NCBI RefSeq assembly: GCF_009914755.1
Contig: NC_060940.1
Direction: 5' to 3' (one strand)
DNA from: the human T2T-CHM13v2.0 reference genome, Homo sapiens
DNA length: 64,000 bases
Shown here piece after piece: positions 30,591 to 46,200 of this stretch. How positions within the stretch are numbered: position 1 is the stretch's first letter; the number at the start of each line of letters is the position of its first letter. The notes below the pieces were generated by a model. The model was not told the origin of the DNA. It ran no database searches and saw only the letters and a program-made list of their open reading frames with translations. The position numbers and the translations under genes were made by a program.

Positions 30591-33500
30591 TTTGAGCCCA
30601 CTCAATGCTTCCACTCGATTCCATATGATGATGACTCCATTCGATGAAATTCGATGATGATTCCATTCGCTTGCTTTCGATGATGATTCCACTTGAGTCC
30701 GTTAGAAGATTCTATTCAATTACATTCCATGACGATTCCGTTCGAGTCCATTTGATGATTCCATTAGACTCCATTCGACGATGATTCCATTCGATGTTAT
30801 TCCATGATTCCATTCGATCTCATTCGATGATGATTCCATTCAACTCCATTCGATGTTTCCATTCGAGTTCATTCTATTATTCCATTAGATTCCATTCGAT
30901 GATGATTCCATTCGATTCCATTTGATGATTGCATTCTATTTCATTTGATGATGATTCCATTCGAGTCCACTCGATGATTCCATTCGAGTCCATTTAATGA
31001 ATCCATTGGTTTCAATTCTATGATGATTACATTGGATTCCATTCGTTGATGATTTCATTCGGTTCCATTCAATGATGATTCCATTCAATTCCTTTCAATG
31101 TTTCCATTCAATTCCATACGATGATGATTCCATTTGATTTGATTCGACAGTGAGCCATTCGATTCAATTCCATGATGATTCTATTTGATTCAATTGGTTG
31201 ACATTTCCATTCGATTCCATTCGATGATGATTCCCTTTGATTCCGTTCCAAGATGATTCCATTCTAGCCCATTCAATCATTCCATTCGATTCTATTCAAT
31301 GATGATTCCATTCATGTCGATTTGGTGATTCCATTTGACTTCATTTGATGATGATTCCTTTCAAGTTCATTAGATGATTCCATTCGATTCCATTTGATGA
31401 TGATCCCATTCGAGTCCATTCAGTGATTCCATTCGTTTCCATTCCATGATGATTCCATTCCTTTCCATTCAATGATTCCATTCGATTCCGTTTGATGATG
31501 ATTTCATTCGAGTCCATTTGATGATTCCATTTGATTCCATTCGATGATGATTCCATTCGAGTCCATTCGATGATTCTATTCGAATCCATTTGATGATTTC
31601 TTTTGATTATTTTTGGTGATGATTCCATTGGAGTCCATTCAATGATTCCATTCTATTCCAATCGATGATGATTCCATTAGAGTCCATTTAATGATTCCAT
31701 TGGATTCCAGTCTCTGATGATTACATTCGAGTCCATACGATGATTCCACTCAATTCCATATGATGATGATTCCATTTGATTCCATTCGGTGATTCCATTC
31801 TATTCTATTCAATGGTGATTCCATTCGAGTACATTAGATGATTCCATTCGATTCCATTCAATGATGATTCTATTTGTGTCCCTTAGATGATTCCACATGA
31901 TTCCATTACATGATGATACTATTTGAGCCCATCCAATGATTCCCTTCGATTCCATTCGATGAGGATTCCATTCGATTCAATTCATTGGTGATTCTATTCA
32001 ATTCAATTCTTTGATTCCATTCCATTCCATTCGACAATGATTCCATTCGATTTCTTTCGATGATTCCACTCGATTCCACTTGACATTGATTCCATTCGAT
32101 TCCATTCAATGATTCCATTTGATTCCAGTGGATGATGATTGCCATCGATTCCATTCGATCACTCCATTCTATTCCATTTGATGATGATTACATTCGATTC
32201 CATTTGATGATTCCATCTGATTCTATTCGAGGATTCCATTTGATTCCATTCGATGATGATTCCATTCGAGTCCATTTGATGATTTCATTCGAGTACATCC
32301 AATGATTCCATTCGAGTCCATTAGATGATTCCATTTGATTCCATTTGAAAATGATTCTACTAGAGTCCATTCAATGACTCCATTCGAGTCCATTCAACAA
32401 TTCCATTCGACTCCATTCGATGATTCCATTCGATTCCATTTGATGGTTCCATTCGAGTCCATTTAATCATTACGGTCGAGTCCATTTGGTGATTCCAATG
32501 GATTTCTTTTGATAATGATACCATTCCATTACATTTGATGATGATCCCATTCAATTTCATTTGATGATGATTCCATTAGAGTCCATTCGATGATTTCATT
32601 CGAGTCCCTTCATTGATTCCATCCGATTTCATTGGATGATGACTCCATTCGAGTCCATTCGATGATTCCACTCGATTCCATTAGATGACTCCATTGGAGT
32701 CCATTTGATTGTTCCATTCGATTCCATTCGATTCCTTTCGAAGATTATTCCATTTGAGTCCATTCGATGATGATTCCATTCCATTCCATTCGATGATTCC
32801 GTTTGATTCCATTCGATGATTCCCTTCGATTCCTTTCTTTGATGATTCCATTCCATTCCATTCAATGATTCCATTCGAATCTATTCCATGATGATTCCTT
32901 TCGATTCCATTCGCTGATGTTTCCGTTCAATTCCATTCGATGATGATTCCATTCGATTCCATTCATTGAGGATTCCATTTGATTCCATTCAATGATGATT
33001 CCATTCTATTCCATTCAATGATTGCATTCAATTCCATTCAATGATTATCCCATTAGAGTAAACTCAACGATTCCATTCAATACCATTCAATGATGATTCC
33101 TTTTGAGTCCATTCAATGATTTCATTCAAGTCCATTTGATGATTCCTTTCAATTCCATTCTATGATGATTCCATTCGAGTCCATTCGATGATTCCATTCG
33201 ATTGCATTCGATGATTCCATTATATTCCATTCAACGATGATTCCATTCGAGTCCATTCCATGATTCCATTAGAGTACATTTAATGATTGCTTTGTTTTCA
33301 ATTCGAAGATGATTACATTGGATTCCATTCTATGATACCATTCGATTCCATTCAATGATGATTCCACTCAAATCCATTGGATGATTCCATTCGTGTCCAT
33401 TCGGTGATTTCATTAGATTCCATTCGAGGATGATTCCATTCGATTCCATTCGATGATTCCATTCAATTCCATTCGATGATGATTCCATTCCAGTCCATAT

Positions 33501-36500
33501 GATCATTCCATTTGATTTCATTCGATGATGATTCCATTCGATTCCTTTCGACGATTCCATTCTATTCCATTCGATGATGATTCCATTCGAGTCCATTCGA
33601 TGATTCCATTCGAGTCCATTTAATGATTCCATTGGGTTCAATTCAATGATGATTACATTGGATTCCGTTCTATGATTCCATTCAATTCCGTTCATTGACA
33701 ATTTGATTCCATTCGATGATGATTCCATTTGAGTTCATTCGATGATTCTATTCGATTCTCTTCGATGGTGATTCAATTCTATTATATTGGATGATTCCAT
33801 TCGATTCCATTTGATGTTGATTCAATTCGATTCTATTCGATGATGATTCCATTGGATTTCACTTGATGATTCTATTCGATTCCATTCAATGATGATTCAC
33901 TTCTCGTCCATTGGATGATTCCATTTCATTCCATTCGATGATGATTCCATTCGATTCCATTCGATGATTCCATTTGATTCCATGCGACGGTGAGCAATTC
34001 GATTCAATTCCATGATGATTCTATTTGATTCAATTAGATGATGTTTCCATTCGAATCCATTCCATGATTATTCCATTGGAATCCATTCGGCGATGATTCC
34101 ATATGAGTCAATTCAATGATGATTCCATATGGGTCCGTTCGATGATAATTCCATTTGATTTCATTCGATGCTTCTATTCTATTCCAGTCGATGATGATTC
34201 CGTTGGAGTCCATACGATGATTCCATTTGATTTCATTTGATGATGATTCCATTCGATGATGATTACATTGGATTCCATTCTATGATTCCATTCAATTCCA
34301 TTCGTTGATGATTCGATTCCATTCAATGATGATTCCATTTGAGTTCATTCGATGATTCTATTCGATTCCGTTCGATGGTGATTCAATTCTATTATATTGG
34401 ATGATTCCACTCGATTCCATTTGATGATTATTCCATTGGAGTCCACTTAGTGAATCCTTTAGATTCTACTCGACGATGATTCCATTCGAGTCCATTCGAT
34501 GATACCATTCAATTCCATTCGTTGATGCTTCCATTCAAGTGCATTCGATGATATCATTCGATTCCATTTGATGATAATTCCATTTGATTCCATGCGATGA
34601 TTCTATTCGATTCCATTCAATGATAATTCCATTCAATTCAGTGATTCCTCTGGACTCCATTTGATGATGATTCCATTCAATGATTCCATTCGATTCTATT
34701 CGAAAATGATTCCATTTGAATCCATTTGATGATGATTCCATTAGATTCCATTTGATGATTCCATTCGATTCCATTCGACGATGATTCCATTCGATTCCGT
34801 TTGATGATTCCATTCTATTCTATTCGATGATGATTCCATTCGATTCCATTCGATGATGATTGGATTCGATTCCATTTGATGATTTCATTTGATTCCATTC
34901 GTTAATGATTTCGATCAATTCCATTCGATGATTCCATTTGATTCCATTCGATAATGATTACATCCGAGTCCATTCGATGATTCCCTTTGAGCCTGTTCGA
35001 TAATTCCATTTGAGTCCAACCAATGATTCCATTCATTTCCATTCAATGATTCCATTCGAGTTCATTTGATCATTCCGGTAGGGTCCATTCGATGTTGATT
35101 CCATTGGAGTGCATTCGATGATTCCATTCGAGTCCATTTTAGGATTTGATTCGAGTCCTTTCGATGATTCCATTCGATTCCACTCGATGATGATTTCATT
35201 CGAGTCCATTCGACACTTCCAATCGATTCCATTTGATGATTCCATTCGAGTCCAATTGATGATTCCATTCAATTCCTTTCGATGATGATTCCGTACGATT
35301 CCATTCTGTGATGATTCCATGTGATTGCATTCAATGATGATTCCTTTCGATTGCATTCGATTATGATTCATTTCGTGTTCATTCTATGGTTCCACAGGTT
35401 TCCATTCGTGTCCATTCCATTATTCCATTCTATTCCATTTGATGATGATTCCATTCGATTCCATTCATTGGTGATTCCACTCAATTCCATTCAATGATTC
35501 CATTCCATTTCTTTCAACAATGATTCCATTAGTTTCTAATCGATGATCCACTTGATTCCATTTGACGACGATTCCATTCTTGTCCATTCGATGATTCCAT
35601 TTGATTCCATATGATGATGATTCCATTCGATTCCATACCATGATGATTCCATTCGAGTCCATTCAATGGTGATTCCATTCAATTCCATTCGATGATTCCT
35701 TTCGATTCCATTCAATGATGATGGCATTCGATTCCTTTCAATCATTCCCTTTGATTCCATTCAAAGGTGATTTCATTCAAGTCCATTCGATAATTGCATT
35801 CGATTCCATTCTATGATGATTCCATTCGAGTCCATTTGATGATTCCATTCAATTCAAGTCAATGATGATTCCATTCGATTCCATTCGATGATTCCATTGG
35901 ATTCCATTCGATGATGATTCCATTCAAATCCATTCGATAATTCAATTCAAGTCCATTCGATGATGATTCCAATCGAATCCATTCAAAGATTCCATTCAGT
36001 TCCATTCGATGATTCCCTTAGATTCCATTCGATGATTCCACTTGATTGCATTTACGATGATTCCATTCGATTCCATGTGATGATTCCATTCAATTCTATT
36101 CAATGATGTCTCCATTTGATTCCATTCGACCATGATTGCCTTTGATTCCATTCAATGATTCCATTCGGTTCCGTTTGATGATGATTCCGTTCGATTCCAT
36201 TTGATGATTCCATTTGATTCCATTGGATGAGTCCATTCGATTACATTCGATGATTATTCCATTCGAGTGCATTAGATGATTCCATTCGAGTCCATTCGAT
36301 GATTCCATTCGATTCCATTCGATGTTGATTCTGTTCAAATCCATTCGATGATTCCACTCGATTCCATTCGTTGACTCCATTTGATCCCATTCGATGATTT
36401 CCTTTGATTCCCTTTGATGATCATTCCATTTGATTCAATTCGGTGATTTCATTTGATTCCATTCAGTGATGTTTCCATTCGACTCCATTCGATGATGATT

Positions 36501-36702
36501 CCATTCGACTCCATTCGATTATGATTTCATTCAATTCCATTCGATAATGATTCCCTTCGAGTCCATTCGATGATTCCATTCGATTCCATTCAACGATGAT
36601 TTGATTCGTGTCCATTCGATGATTCCATTTGATTCCACTTGATGATGATTCCATTCGAGTCCATTTGATGATTCCATTCAATTCCATACTCCGATGATTT
36701 CT
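30591..36702 (+). repeat. HOR copy 6 (6112 bp, subtype A)
   Basis: Landmark spacing; 5' part shares rare variants with copy 4. Confidence 0.92.
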
Positions 36703-39700
36703 TTTGAGCCCACTCAATGCTTCCACTCGATTCCATATGATGATGACTCCATTCGATGAAATTCGATGATGATTCCATTCGCTTGCTTTCGATGATGATT
36801 CCACTTGAGTCCGTTAGAAGATTCTATTCAATTACATTCCATGACGATTCCGTTCGAGTCCATTTGATGATTCCATTAGACTCCATTCGACGATGATTCC
36901 ATTCGATGTTATTCCATGATTCCATTCGATCTCATTCGATGATGATTCCATTCAACTCCATTCGATGTTTCCATTCGAGTTCATTCTATTATTCCATTAG
37001 ATTCCATTCGATGATGATTCCATTCGATTCCATTTGATGATTGCATTCTATTTCATTTGATGATGATTCCATTCGAGTCCACTCGATGATTCCATTCGAG
37101 TCCATTTAATGAATCCATTGGTTTCAATTCTATGATGATTACATTGGATTCCATTCGTTGATGATTTCATTCGGTTCCATTCAATGATGATTCCATTCAA
37201 TTCCTTTCAATGTTTCCATTCAATTCCATACGATGATGATTCCATTTGATTTGATTCGACAGTGAGCCATTCGATTCAATTCCATGATGATTCTATTTGA
37301 TTCAATTGGTTGACATTTCCATTCGATTCCATTCGATGATGATTCCCTTTGATTCCGTTCCAAGATGATTCCATTCTAGCCCATTCAATCATTCCATTCG
37401 ATTCTATTCAATGATGATTCCATTCATGTCGATTTGGTGATTCCATTTGACTTCATTTGATGATGATTCCTTTCAAGTTCATTAGATGATTCCATTCGAT
37501 TCCATTTGATGATGATCCCATTCGAGTCCATTCAGTGATTCCATTCGTTTCCATTCCATGATGATTCCATTCCTTTCCATTCAATGATTCCATTCGATTC
37601 CGTTTGATGATGATTTCATTCGAGTCCATTTGATGATTCCATTTGATTCCATTCGATGATGATTCCATTCGAGTCCATTCGATGATTCTATTCGAATCCA
37701 TTTGATGATTTCTTTTGATTATATTTGGTGATGATTCCATTGGAGTCCATTCAATGATTCCATTCTATTCCAATCGATGATGATTCCATTAGAGTCCATT
37801 TAATGATTCCATTTGATTCCAGTCTCTGATGATTACATTCGAGTCCATACGATGATTCCACTCAATTCCATATGATGATGATTCCATTTGATTCCATTCG
37901 GTGATTCCATTCTATTCTATTCAATGGTGATTCCATTCGAGTACATTAGATGATTCCATTCGATTCCATTCAATGATGATTCTATTTGTGTCCCTTAGAT
38001 GATTCCACATGATTCCATTAGATGATGATACTATTTGAGCCCATCCAATGATTCCCTTCGATTCCATTCGATGAGGATTCCATTCGATTCAATTCATTGG
38101 TGATTCTATTCAATTCAATTCTTTGATTCCATTCCATTCCATTCGACAATGATTCCATTCGATTACTTTCGATGATTCCACTCGATTCCACTTGACATTG
38201 ATTCCATTCGATTCCATTCAATGATTCCATTTGATTCCAGTGGATGATGATTGCCATCGATTCCATTCGATCACTCCATTCTATTCCATTTGATGATGAT
38301 TACATTCGATTCCATTTGATGATTCCATCTGATTCTATTCGAGGATTCCATTTGATTCCATTCGATGATGATTCCATTCGAGTGCATTCGATGATTTCAT
38401 TCGAGTACATCCAATGATTCCATTCGAGTCCATTAGATGATTCCATTTGATTCCATTTGAAAATGATTCTACTAGAGTCCATTCAATGACTCCATTCGAG
38501 TCCATTCAACAATTCCATTCGACTCCATTCGATGATTCCATTCGATTCCATTTGATGGTACCATTCGAGTCCATTTAATCATTACAGTCGAGTCCATTTG
38601 GTGATTCCACTGGATTTCTTTTGATAATGATACCGTTCAATTACATTTGATGATGATCCCATTCAACTTCATTTGATGATGATTCCATTAGAGTCCATTC
38701 GATGATTTCATTCGAGTCCCTTCATTGATTCCATCCGATTTCATTGGATGATGACTCCATTCGAGTCCATTCGATGATTCCACTCGATTCCATTAGATGA
38801 CTCCATTGGAGTCCATTTGATTGTTCCATTCGATTCCATTCGATTCCTTTCGAAGATTATTCCATTTGAGTCCATTCGATGATGATTCCATTCCATTCCA
38901 TTCGATGATTCCGTTTGATTCCATTCGATGATTCCCTTCGATTCCTTTCTTTGATGATTCCATTCCATTCCATTCAATGATTCCATTCGAATCTATTCCA
39001 TGATGATTCCTTTCGATTCCATTCGCTGATGTTTCCGTTCAATTCCATTCGATGATGATTCCATTCGATTCCATTCATTGAGGATTCCATTTGATTCCAT
39101 TCAATGATGATTCCATTCTATTCCATTCAATGATTGCATTCAATTCCATTCAATGATTATCCCATTAGAGTAAACTCAACGATTCCATTCAATACCATTC
39201 GATGATGATTCCTTTTGAGTCCATTCAATGATTTCATTCAAGTCCATTTGATGATTCCTTTCAATTCCATTCTATGATGATTCCATTCGAGTCCATTCGA
39301 TGATTCCATTCGATTGCATTCGATGATTCCATTATATTCCATTCAACGGTGATTCCATTCGAGTCCATTCCATGATTCCATTAGAGTACATTTAATGATT
39401 GCTTTGTTTTCAATTCGAAGATGATTACATTGGATTCCATTCTATGATACCATTCGATTCCATTCAATGATGATTCCACTCAAATCCATTGGATGATTCC
39501 ATTCGTGTCCATTCGGTGATTTCATTAGATTCCATTCGAGGATGATTCCATTCGATTCCATTCGATGATTCCATTCAATTCCATTCGATGATGATTCCAT
39601 TCCAGTCCATATGATCATTCCATTTGATTTCATTCGATGATGATTCCATTCGATTCCTTTCGACGATTCCATTCTATTCCATTCGATGATGATTCCATTC

Positions 39701-42700
39701 GAGTCCATTCGATGATTCCATTCGAGTCCATTTAATGATTCCATTGGGTTCAATTCAATTATGATTACATTGGATTCCGTTCTATGATTCCATTCAATTC
39801 CGTTCATTGACAATTTGATTCCATTCGATGATGATTCCATTTAAGTTCATTCGATGATTCTATTCGATTCTCTTCGATGGTGATTCAATTCTATTATATT
39901 GGATGATTCCACTCGATTCCATTTGATGATTATTCCATTGGAGTCCACTTAGTGAATCCTTTAGATTCTACTCGACGATGATTCCATTCGAGTCCATTCG
40001 ATGATACCATTCAATTCCATTCGTTGATGCTTCCATTCAAGTGCATTCGATGATATCATTCGATTCCATTTGATGATAATTCCATTTGATTCCATGCGAT
40101 GATTCTATTCGATTCCATTCAATGATAATTCCATTCAATTCAGTGATTCCTCTGGACTCCATTTGATGATGATTCCATTCAATGATTCCATTCGATTCTA
40201 TTCGAAAATGATTCCATTTGAACCCATTTGATGATGATTCCATTAGATTCCATTTGATGATTCCATTCGATTCCATTCGACGATGATTCCATTCGATTCC
40301 GTTTGATGATTCCATTCTATTCTATTCGACGATGATTCCATTCGATTCCATTTGATGTTGATTCAATTCGATTCTATTCGATGATGATTCCATTGGATTT
40401 CACTTGATGATTCTATTCGATTCCATTCAATGATGATTCACTTCTCGTCCATTGGATGATTCCATTTCATTCCATTCGATGATGATTCCATTCGATTCCA
40501 TTCGATGATTCCATTTGATTCCATGCGACGGTGAGCAATTCGATTCAATTCCATGATGATTCTATTTGATTCAATTAGATGATGTTTCCATTCGAATCCA
40601 TTCCATGATTATTCCATTGGAATCCATTCGGCGATGATTCCATATGAGTCAATTCAATGATGATTCCATATGGGTCCGTTCGATGATAATTCCATTTGAT
40701 TTCATTCGATGCTTCTATTCTATTCCAGTCGATGATGATTCCGTTGGAGTCCATACGATGATTCCATTTGATTTCATTTGATGATGATTCCATTCGATGA
40801 TGATTACATTGGATTCCATTCTATGATTCCATTCAATTCCATTCGTTGATGATTCGATTCCATTCAATGATGATTCCATTTGAGTTCATTCGATGATTCT
40901 ATTCGATTCCGTTCGATGGTGATTCAATTCTATTTTATTGGATGATTCCACTCGATTCCATTTGATGATTATTCCATTGGAGTCCACTTAGTGAATCCTT
41001 TAGATTCTACTCGACGATGATTCCATTCGAGTCCATTCGATGATACCATTCAATTCCATTCGTTGATGCTTCCATTCAAGTGCATTCGATGATATCATTC
41101 GATTCCATTTGATGATAATTCCATTTGATTCCATGCGATGATTCTATTCGATTCCATTCAATGATAATTCCATTCAATTCAGTGATTCCTCTGGACTCCA
41201 TTTGATGATGATTCCATTCAATGATTCCATTCGATTCTATTCGAAAATGATTCCATTTGAATCCATTTGATGATGATTCCATTAGATTCCATTTGATGAT
41301 TCCATTCGATTCCATTCGACGATGATTCCATTCGATTCCGTTTGATGATTCCATTCTATTCTATTCGATGATGATTCCATTCGATTCCATTCGATGATGA
41401 TTGGATTCGATTTCATTTGATGATTTCATTTGATTCCATTCGTTAATGATTTCGATCAATTCCATTCGATGATTCCATTCGATTCCATTCGATAATGATT
41501 ACATCCGAGTCCATTCGATGATTCCCTTTGAGCCTGTTCGATAATTCCATTTGAGTCCAACCAATGATTCCATTCATTTCCATTCAATGATTCCATTCGA
41601 GTCCATTTGATCATTCCGGTAGGGTCCATTCGATGTTGATTCCATTGGAGTGCATTCGATGATTCCATTCGAGTCCATTTTAGGATTTGATTCGAGTCCT
41701 TTCGATGATTCCATTCGATTCCACTCGATGATGATTTCATTCGAGTCCATTCGACACTTCCAATCGATTCCATTTGATGATTCCATTCGAGTCCAATTGA
41801 TGATTCCATTCAATTCCATTCGATGATGATTCCGTACGATTCCATTCTGTGATGATTCCATGTGATTGCATTCAATGATGATTCCTTTCGATTGCATTCG
41901 ATTATGATTCATTTCGTGTTCATTCTATGGTTCCACAGGTTTCCATTCGTGTCCATTCCATTATTCCATTCTATTCCATTTGATGATGATTCCATTCGAT
42001 TCCATTCATTGGTGATTCCACTCAATTCCATTCAATGATTCCATTCCATTTCTTTCAACAATGATTCCATTAGTTTCTAATCGATGATCCACTTGATTCC
42101 ATTTGACGACGATTCCATTCTTGTCCGTTCGATGATTCCATTTGATTCCATATGATGATGATTCCATTCGATTCCATACCATGATGATTCCATTCGAGTC
42201 CATTCAATGGTGATTCCATTCAATTCCATTCGATGATTCCTTTCGATTCCATTCGATGATGATGGCATTCGATTCCTTTCAATCATTCCCTTTGATTCCA
42301 TTCCGAGGTGATTTCATTCAAGTCCATTCGATAATTGCATTCGATTCCATTCTATGATGATTCCATTCGAGTCCATTTGATGATTCCATTCAATTCAAGT
42401 CAATGATGATTCCATTCGATTCCATTCGATGATTCCATTGGATTCCATTCGATGATGATTCCATTCAAATCCATTCGATAATTCAATTCAAGTCCATTCG
42501 ATGATGATTCCAATCGAATCCATTCAAAGATTCCATTCAGTTCCATTCGATGATTCCCTTAGATTCCATTCGATGATTCCACTTGATTGCATTTACGATG
42601 ATTCCATTCGATTCCATGTGATGATTCCATTCAATTCTATTCAATGATGTCTCCATTTGATTCCATTCGACCATGATTGCCTTTGATTCCATTCAATGAT

Positions 42701-43243
42701 TCCATTCGGTTCCGTTTGATGATGATTCCGTTCGATTCCATTTGATGATTCCATTTGATTCCATTGGATGAGTCCATTCGATTACATTCGATGATTATTC
42801 CATTCGAGTGCATTAGATGATTCCATTCGAGTCCATTCGATGATTCCATTCGATTCCATTCGATGTTGATTCTGTTCAAATCCATTCGATGATTCCACTC
42901 GATTCCATTCGTTGACTCCATTTGATCCCATTCGATGATTTCCTTTGATTCCCTTTGATGATCATTCCATTTGATTCAATTCGGTGATTTCATTTGATTC
43001 CATTCAGTGATGTTTCCATTCGACTCCATTCGATGATGATTCCATTCGACTCCATTCGATTATGATTTCATTCAATTCCATTCGATAATGATTCCCTTCG
43101 AGTCCATTCGATGATTCCATTCGATTCCATTCAACGATGATTTGATTCGTGTCCATTCGATGATTCCATTTGATTCCACTTGATGATGATTCCATTCGAG
43201 TCCATTTGATGATTCCATTCAATTCCATACTCCGATGATTTCT
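36703..43243 (+). repeat. HOR copy 7 (6541 bp, subtype A with 429-bp insertion)
   Basis: Landmark spacing 6541 = 6112 + 429; the GGAGTCCACTTAGTGAATCC block occurs twice in the unit. Confidence 0.92.
39903..40331 (+). repeat. 429-bp non-tandem inserted copy of the segment at 40942-41370
   Basis: Direct comparison; the duplicated 92-aa ORFs at 40037 and 41076 are 1039 bp apart. Exact ends are ambiguous within the junction homologies. Confidence 0.9.
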
Positions 43244-46200
43244 TTTGAGCCCACTCAATGCTTCCACTCGATTCCATATGATGATGACTCCATTCGATGA
43301 AATTCGATGATGATTCCATTCGCTTGCTTTCGATGATGATTCCACTTGAGTCCGTTAGAAGATTCTATTCAATTACATTCCATGACGATTCCGTTCGAGT
43401 CCATTTGATGATTCCATTAGACTCCATTCGACGATGATTCCATTCGATGTTATTCGATGATTCCATTCGATCTCATTCGATGATGATTCCATTCAACTCC
43501 ATTCGATGTTTCCATTCGAGTTCATTCTATTATTCCATTAGATTCCATTCGATGATGATTCCATTCGATTCCATTTGATGATTGCATTCTATTTCATTTG
43601 ATGATGATTCCATTCGAGTCCACTCGATGATTCCATTCGAGTCCATTTAATGAATCCATTGGTTTCAATTCTATGATGATTACATTGGATTCCATTCGTT
43701 GATGATTTCATTCGGTTCCTTTCAATGATGATTCCATTCAATTCCTTTCAATGTTTCCATTCAATTCCATACGATGATGATTCCATTTGATTTGATTCGA
43801 CAGTGAGCCATTCGATTCAATTCCATGATGATTCTATTTGATTCAATTGGTTGACATTTCCATTCGATTCCATTCGATGATGATTCCCTTTGATTCCGTT
43901 CAAAGATGATTCCATTCTAGCCCATTCAATCATTCCATTCGATTCTATTCAATGATGATTCCATTCATGTCGATTTGGTGATTCCATTTGACTTCATTTG
44001 ATGATGATTCCTTTCAAGTTCATTAGATGATTCCATTCGATTCCATTTGATGATGATCCCATTCGAGTCTATTCAGTGATACCATTCGTTTCCATTCCAT
44101 GATGATTCCATTCCATTCCATTCAATGATTCCATTCGATTCCGTTTGATGATGATTTCATTCGAGTCCATTTGATGATTCCATTTGATTCCATTCGATGA
44201 TGATTCCATTCGAGTCCATTCGATGATTCTATTCGAATCCATTTGATGATTTCTTTTGATTATAGTTGGTGATGATTCCATTGGAGTCCATTCAATGATT
44301 CCATTCTATTCCAATCGATGATGATTCCATTAGAGTCCATTTAATGATTCCATTTGATTCCAGTCTCTGATGATTACATTCGAGTCCATACGATGATTCC
44401 ACTCAATTCCATATGATGATGATTCCATTTGATTCCATTCGGTGATTCCATTCTATTCTATTCAATGGTGATTCCATTCGAGTACATTAGATGATTCCAT
44501 TCGATTCCATTCAATGATGATTCTATTTGTGTCCCTTAGATGATTCCACATGATTCCATTAGATGATGATACTATTTGAGCCCATCCAATGATTCCCTTC
44601 GATTCCATTCGATGAGGATTCAATTCGATTCAATTCATTGGTGATTCTATTCAATTCAATTCTTTGATTCCATTCCATTCCATTCGACAATGATTCCATT
44701 CGATTTCTTTCGATGATTCCACTCGATTCCACTTGACATTGATTCCATTCGATTCCATTCAATGATTCCATTTGATTCCAGTGGATGATGATTGCCATCG
44801 ATTCCATTCGATCACTCCATTCTATTCCATTTGATGATGATTACATTCGATTCCATTTGATGATTCCATCTGATTCTATTCGAGGATTCCATTTGATTCC
44901 ATTCGATGATGATTCCATTCGAGTCCATTCGATGATTTCATTCGAGTACATCCAATGATTCCATTCGAGTCCATTAGATGATTCCATTTGATTCCATTTG
45001 AAAATGATTCTACTAGAGTCCATTCAATGACTCCATTCGAGTCCATTCAACAATTCCATTCGACTCCATTCGATGATTCCATTCGATTCCATTTGATGGT
45101 TCCATTCGAGTCCATTTAATCATTACAGTCGAGTCCATTTGGTGATTCCACTGGATTTCTTTTGATAATGATACCATTCAATTACATTTGATGATGATCC
45201 CATTCAATTTCATTTGATGATGATTCCATTAGAGTCCATTCGATGATTTCATTCGAGTCCCTTCATTGATTCCATCCGATTTCATTGGATGATGACTCCA
45301 TTCGAGTCCATTCGATGATTCCACTCGATTCCATTAGATGACTCCATTGGAGTCCATTTGATTGTTCCATTCGATTCCATTCGATTCCTTTCGAAGATTA
45401 TTCCATTTGAGTCCATTCGATGATGATTCCATTCCATTCCATTCGATGATTCCGTTTGATTCCATTCGATGATTCCCTTCGATTCCTTTCTTTGATGATT
45501 CCATTCCATTCCATTCAATGATTCCATTCGAATCTATTCCATGATGATTCCTTTCGATTCCATTCGCTGATGTTTCCGTTCAATTCCATTCGATGATGAT
45601 TCCATTCGATTCCATTCATTGAGGATTCCATTTGATTCCATTCAATGATGATTCCATTCTATTCCATTCAATGATTGCATTCAATTCCATTCAATGATTA
45701 TCCCATTAGAGTAAACTCAACGATTCCATTCAATACCATTCGATGATGATTCCTTTTGAGTCCATTCAATGATTTCATTCAAGTCCATTTGATGATTCCT
45801 TTCAATTCCATTCTATGATGATTCCATTCGAGTCCATTCGATGATTCCATTCGATTGCATTCGATGATTCCATTATATTCCATTCAACGGTGATTCCATT
45901 CGAGTCCATTCCATGATTCCATTAGAGTACATTTAATGATTGCCTTGTTTTCAATTCGAAGATGATTACATTGGATTCCATTCTATGATACCATTCGATT
46001 CCATTCAATGATGATTCCACTCAAATCCATTGGATGATTCCATTCGTGTCCATTCGGTGATTTCATTAGATTCCATTCGAGGATGATTCCATTCGATTCC
46101 ATTCGATGATTCCATTCAATTCCATTCGATGATGATTCCATTCCAGTCCATATGATCATTCCATTTGATTTCATTCGATGATGATTCCATTCGATTCCAT

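Noticed and set aside
39903-40331. Mobile element insertion with target-site duplication
   Set aside because: The insert is local satellite sequence with no poly-A, terminal repeats or ORF; the flanking identity is monomer homology.
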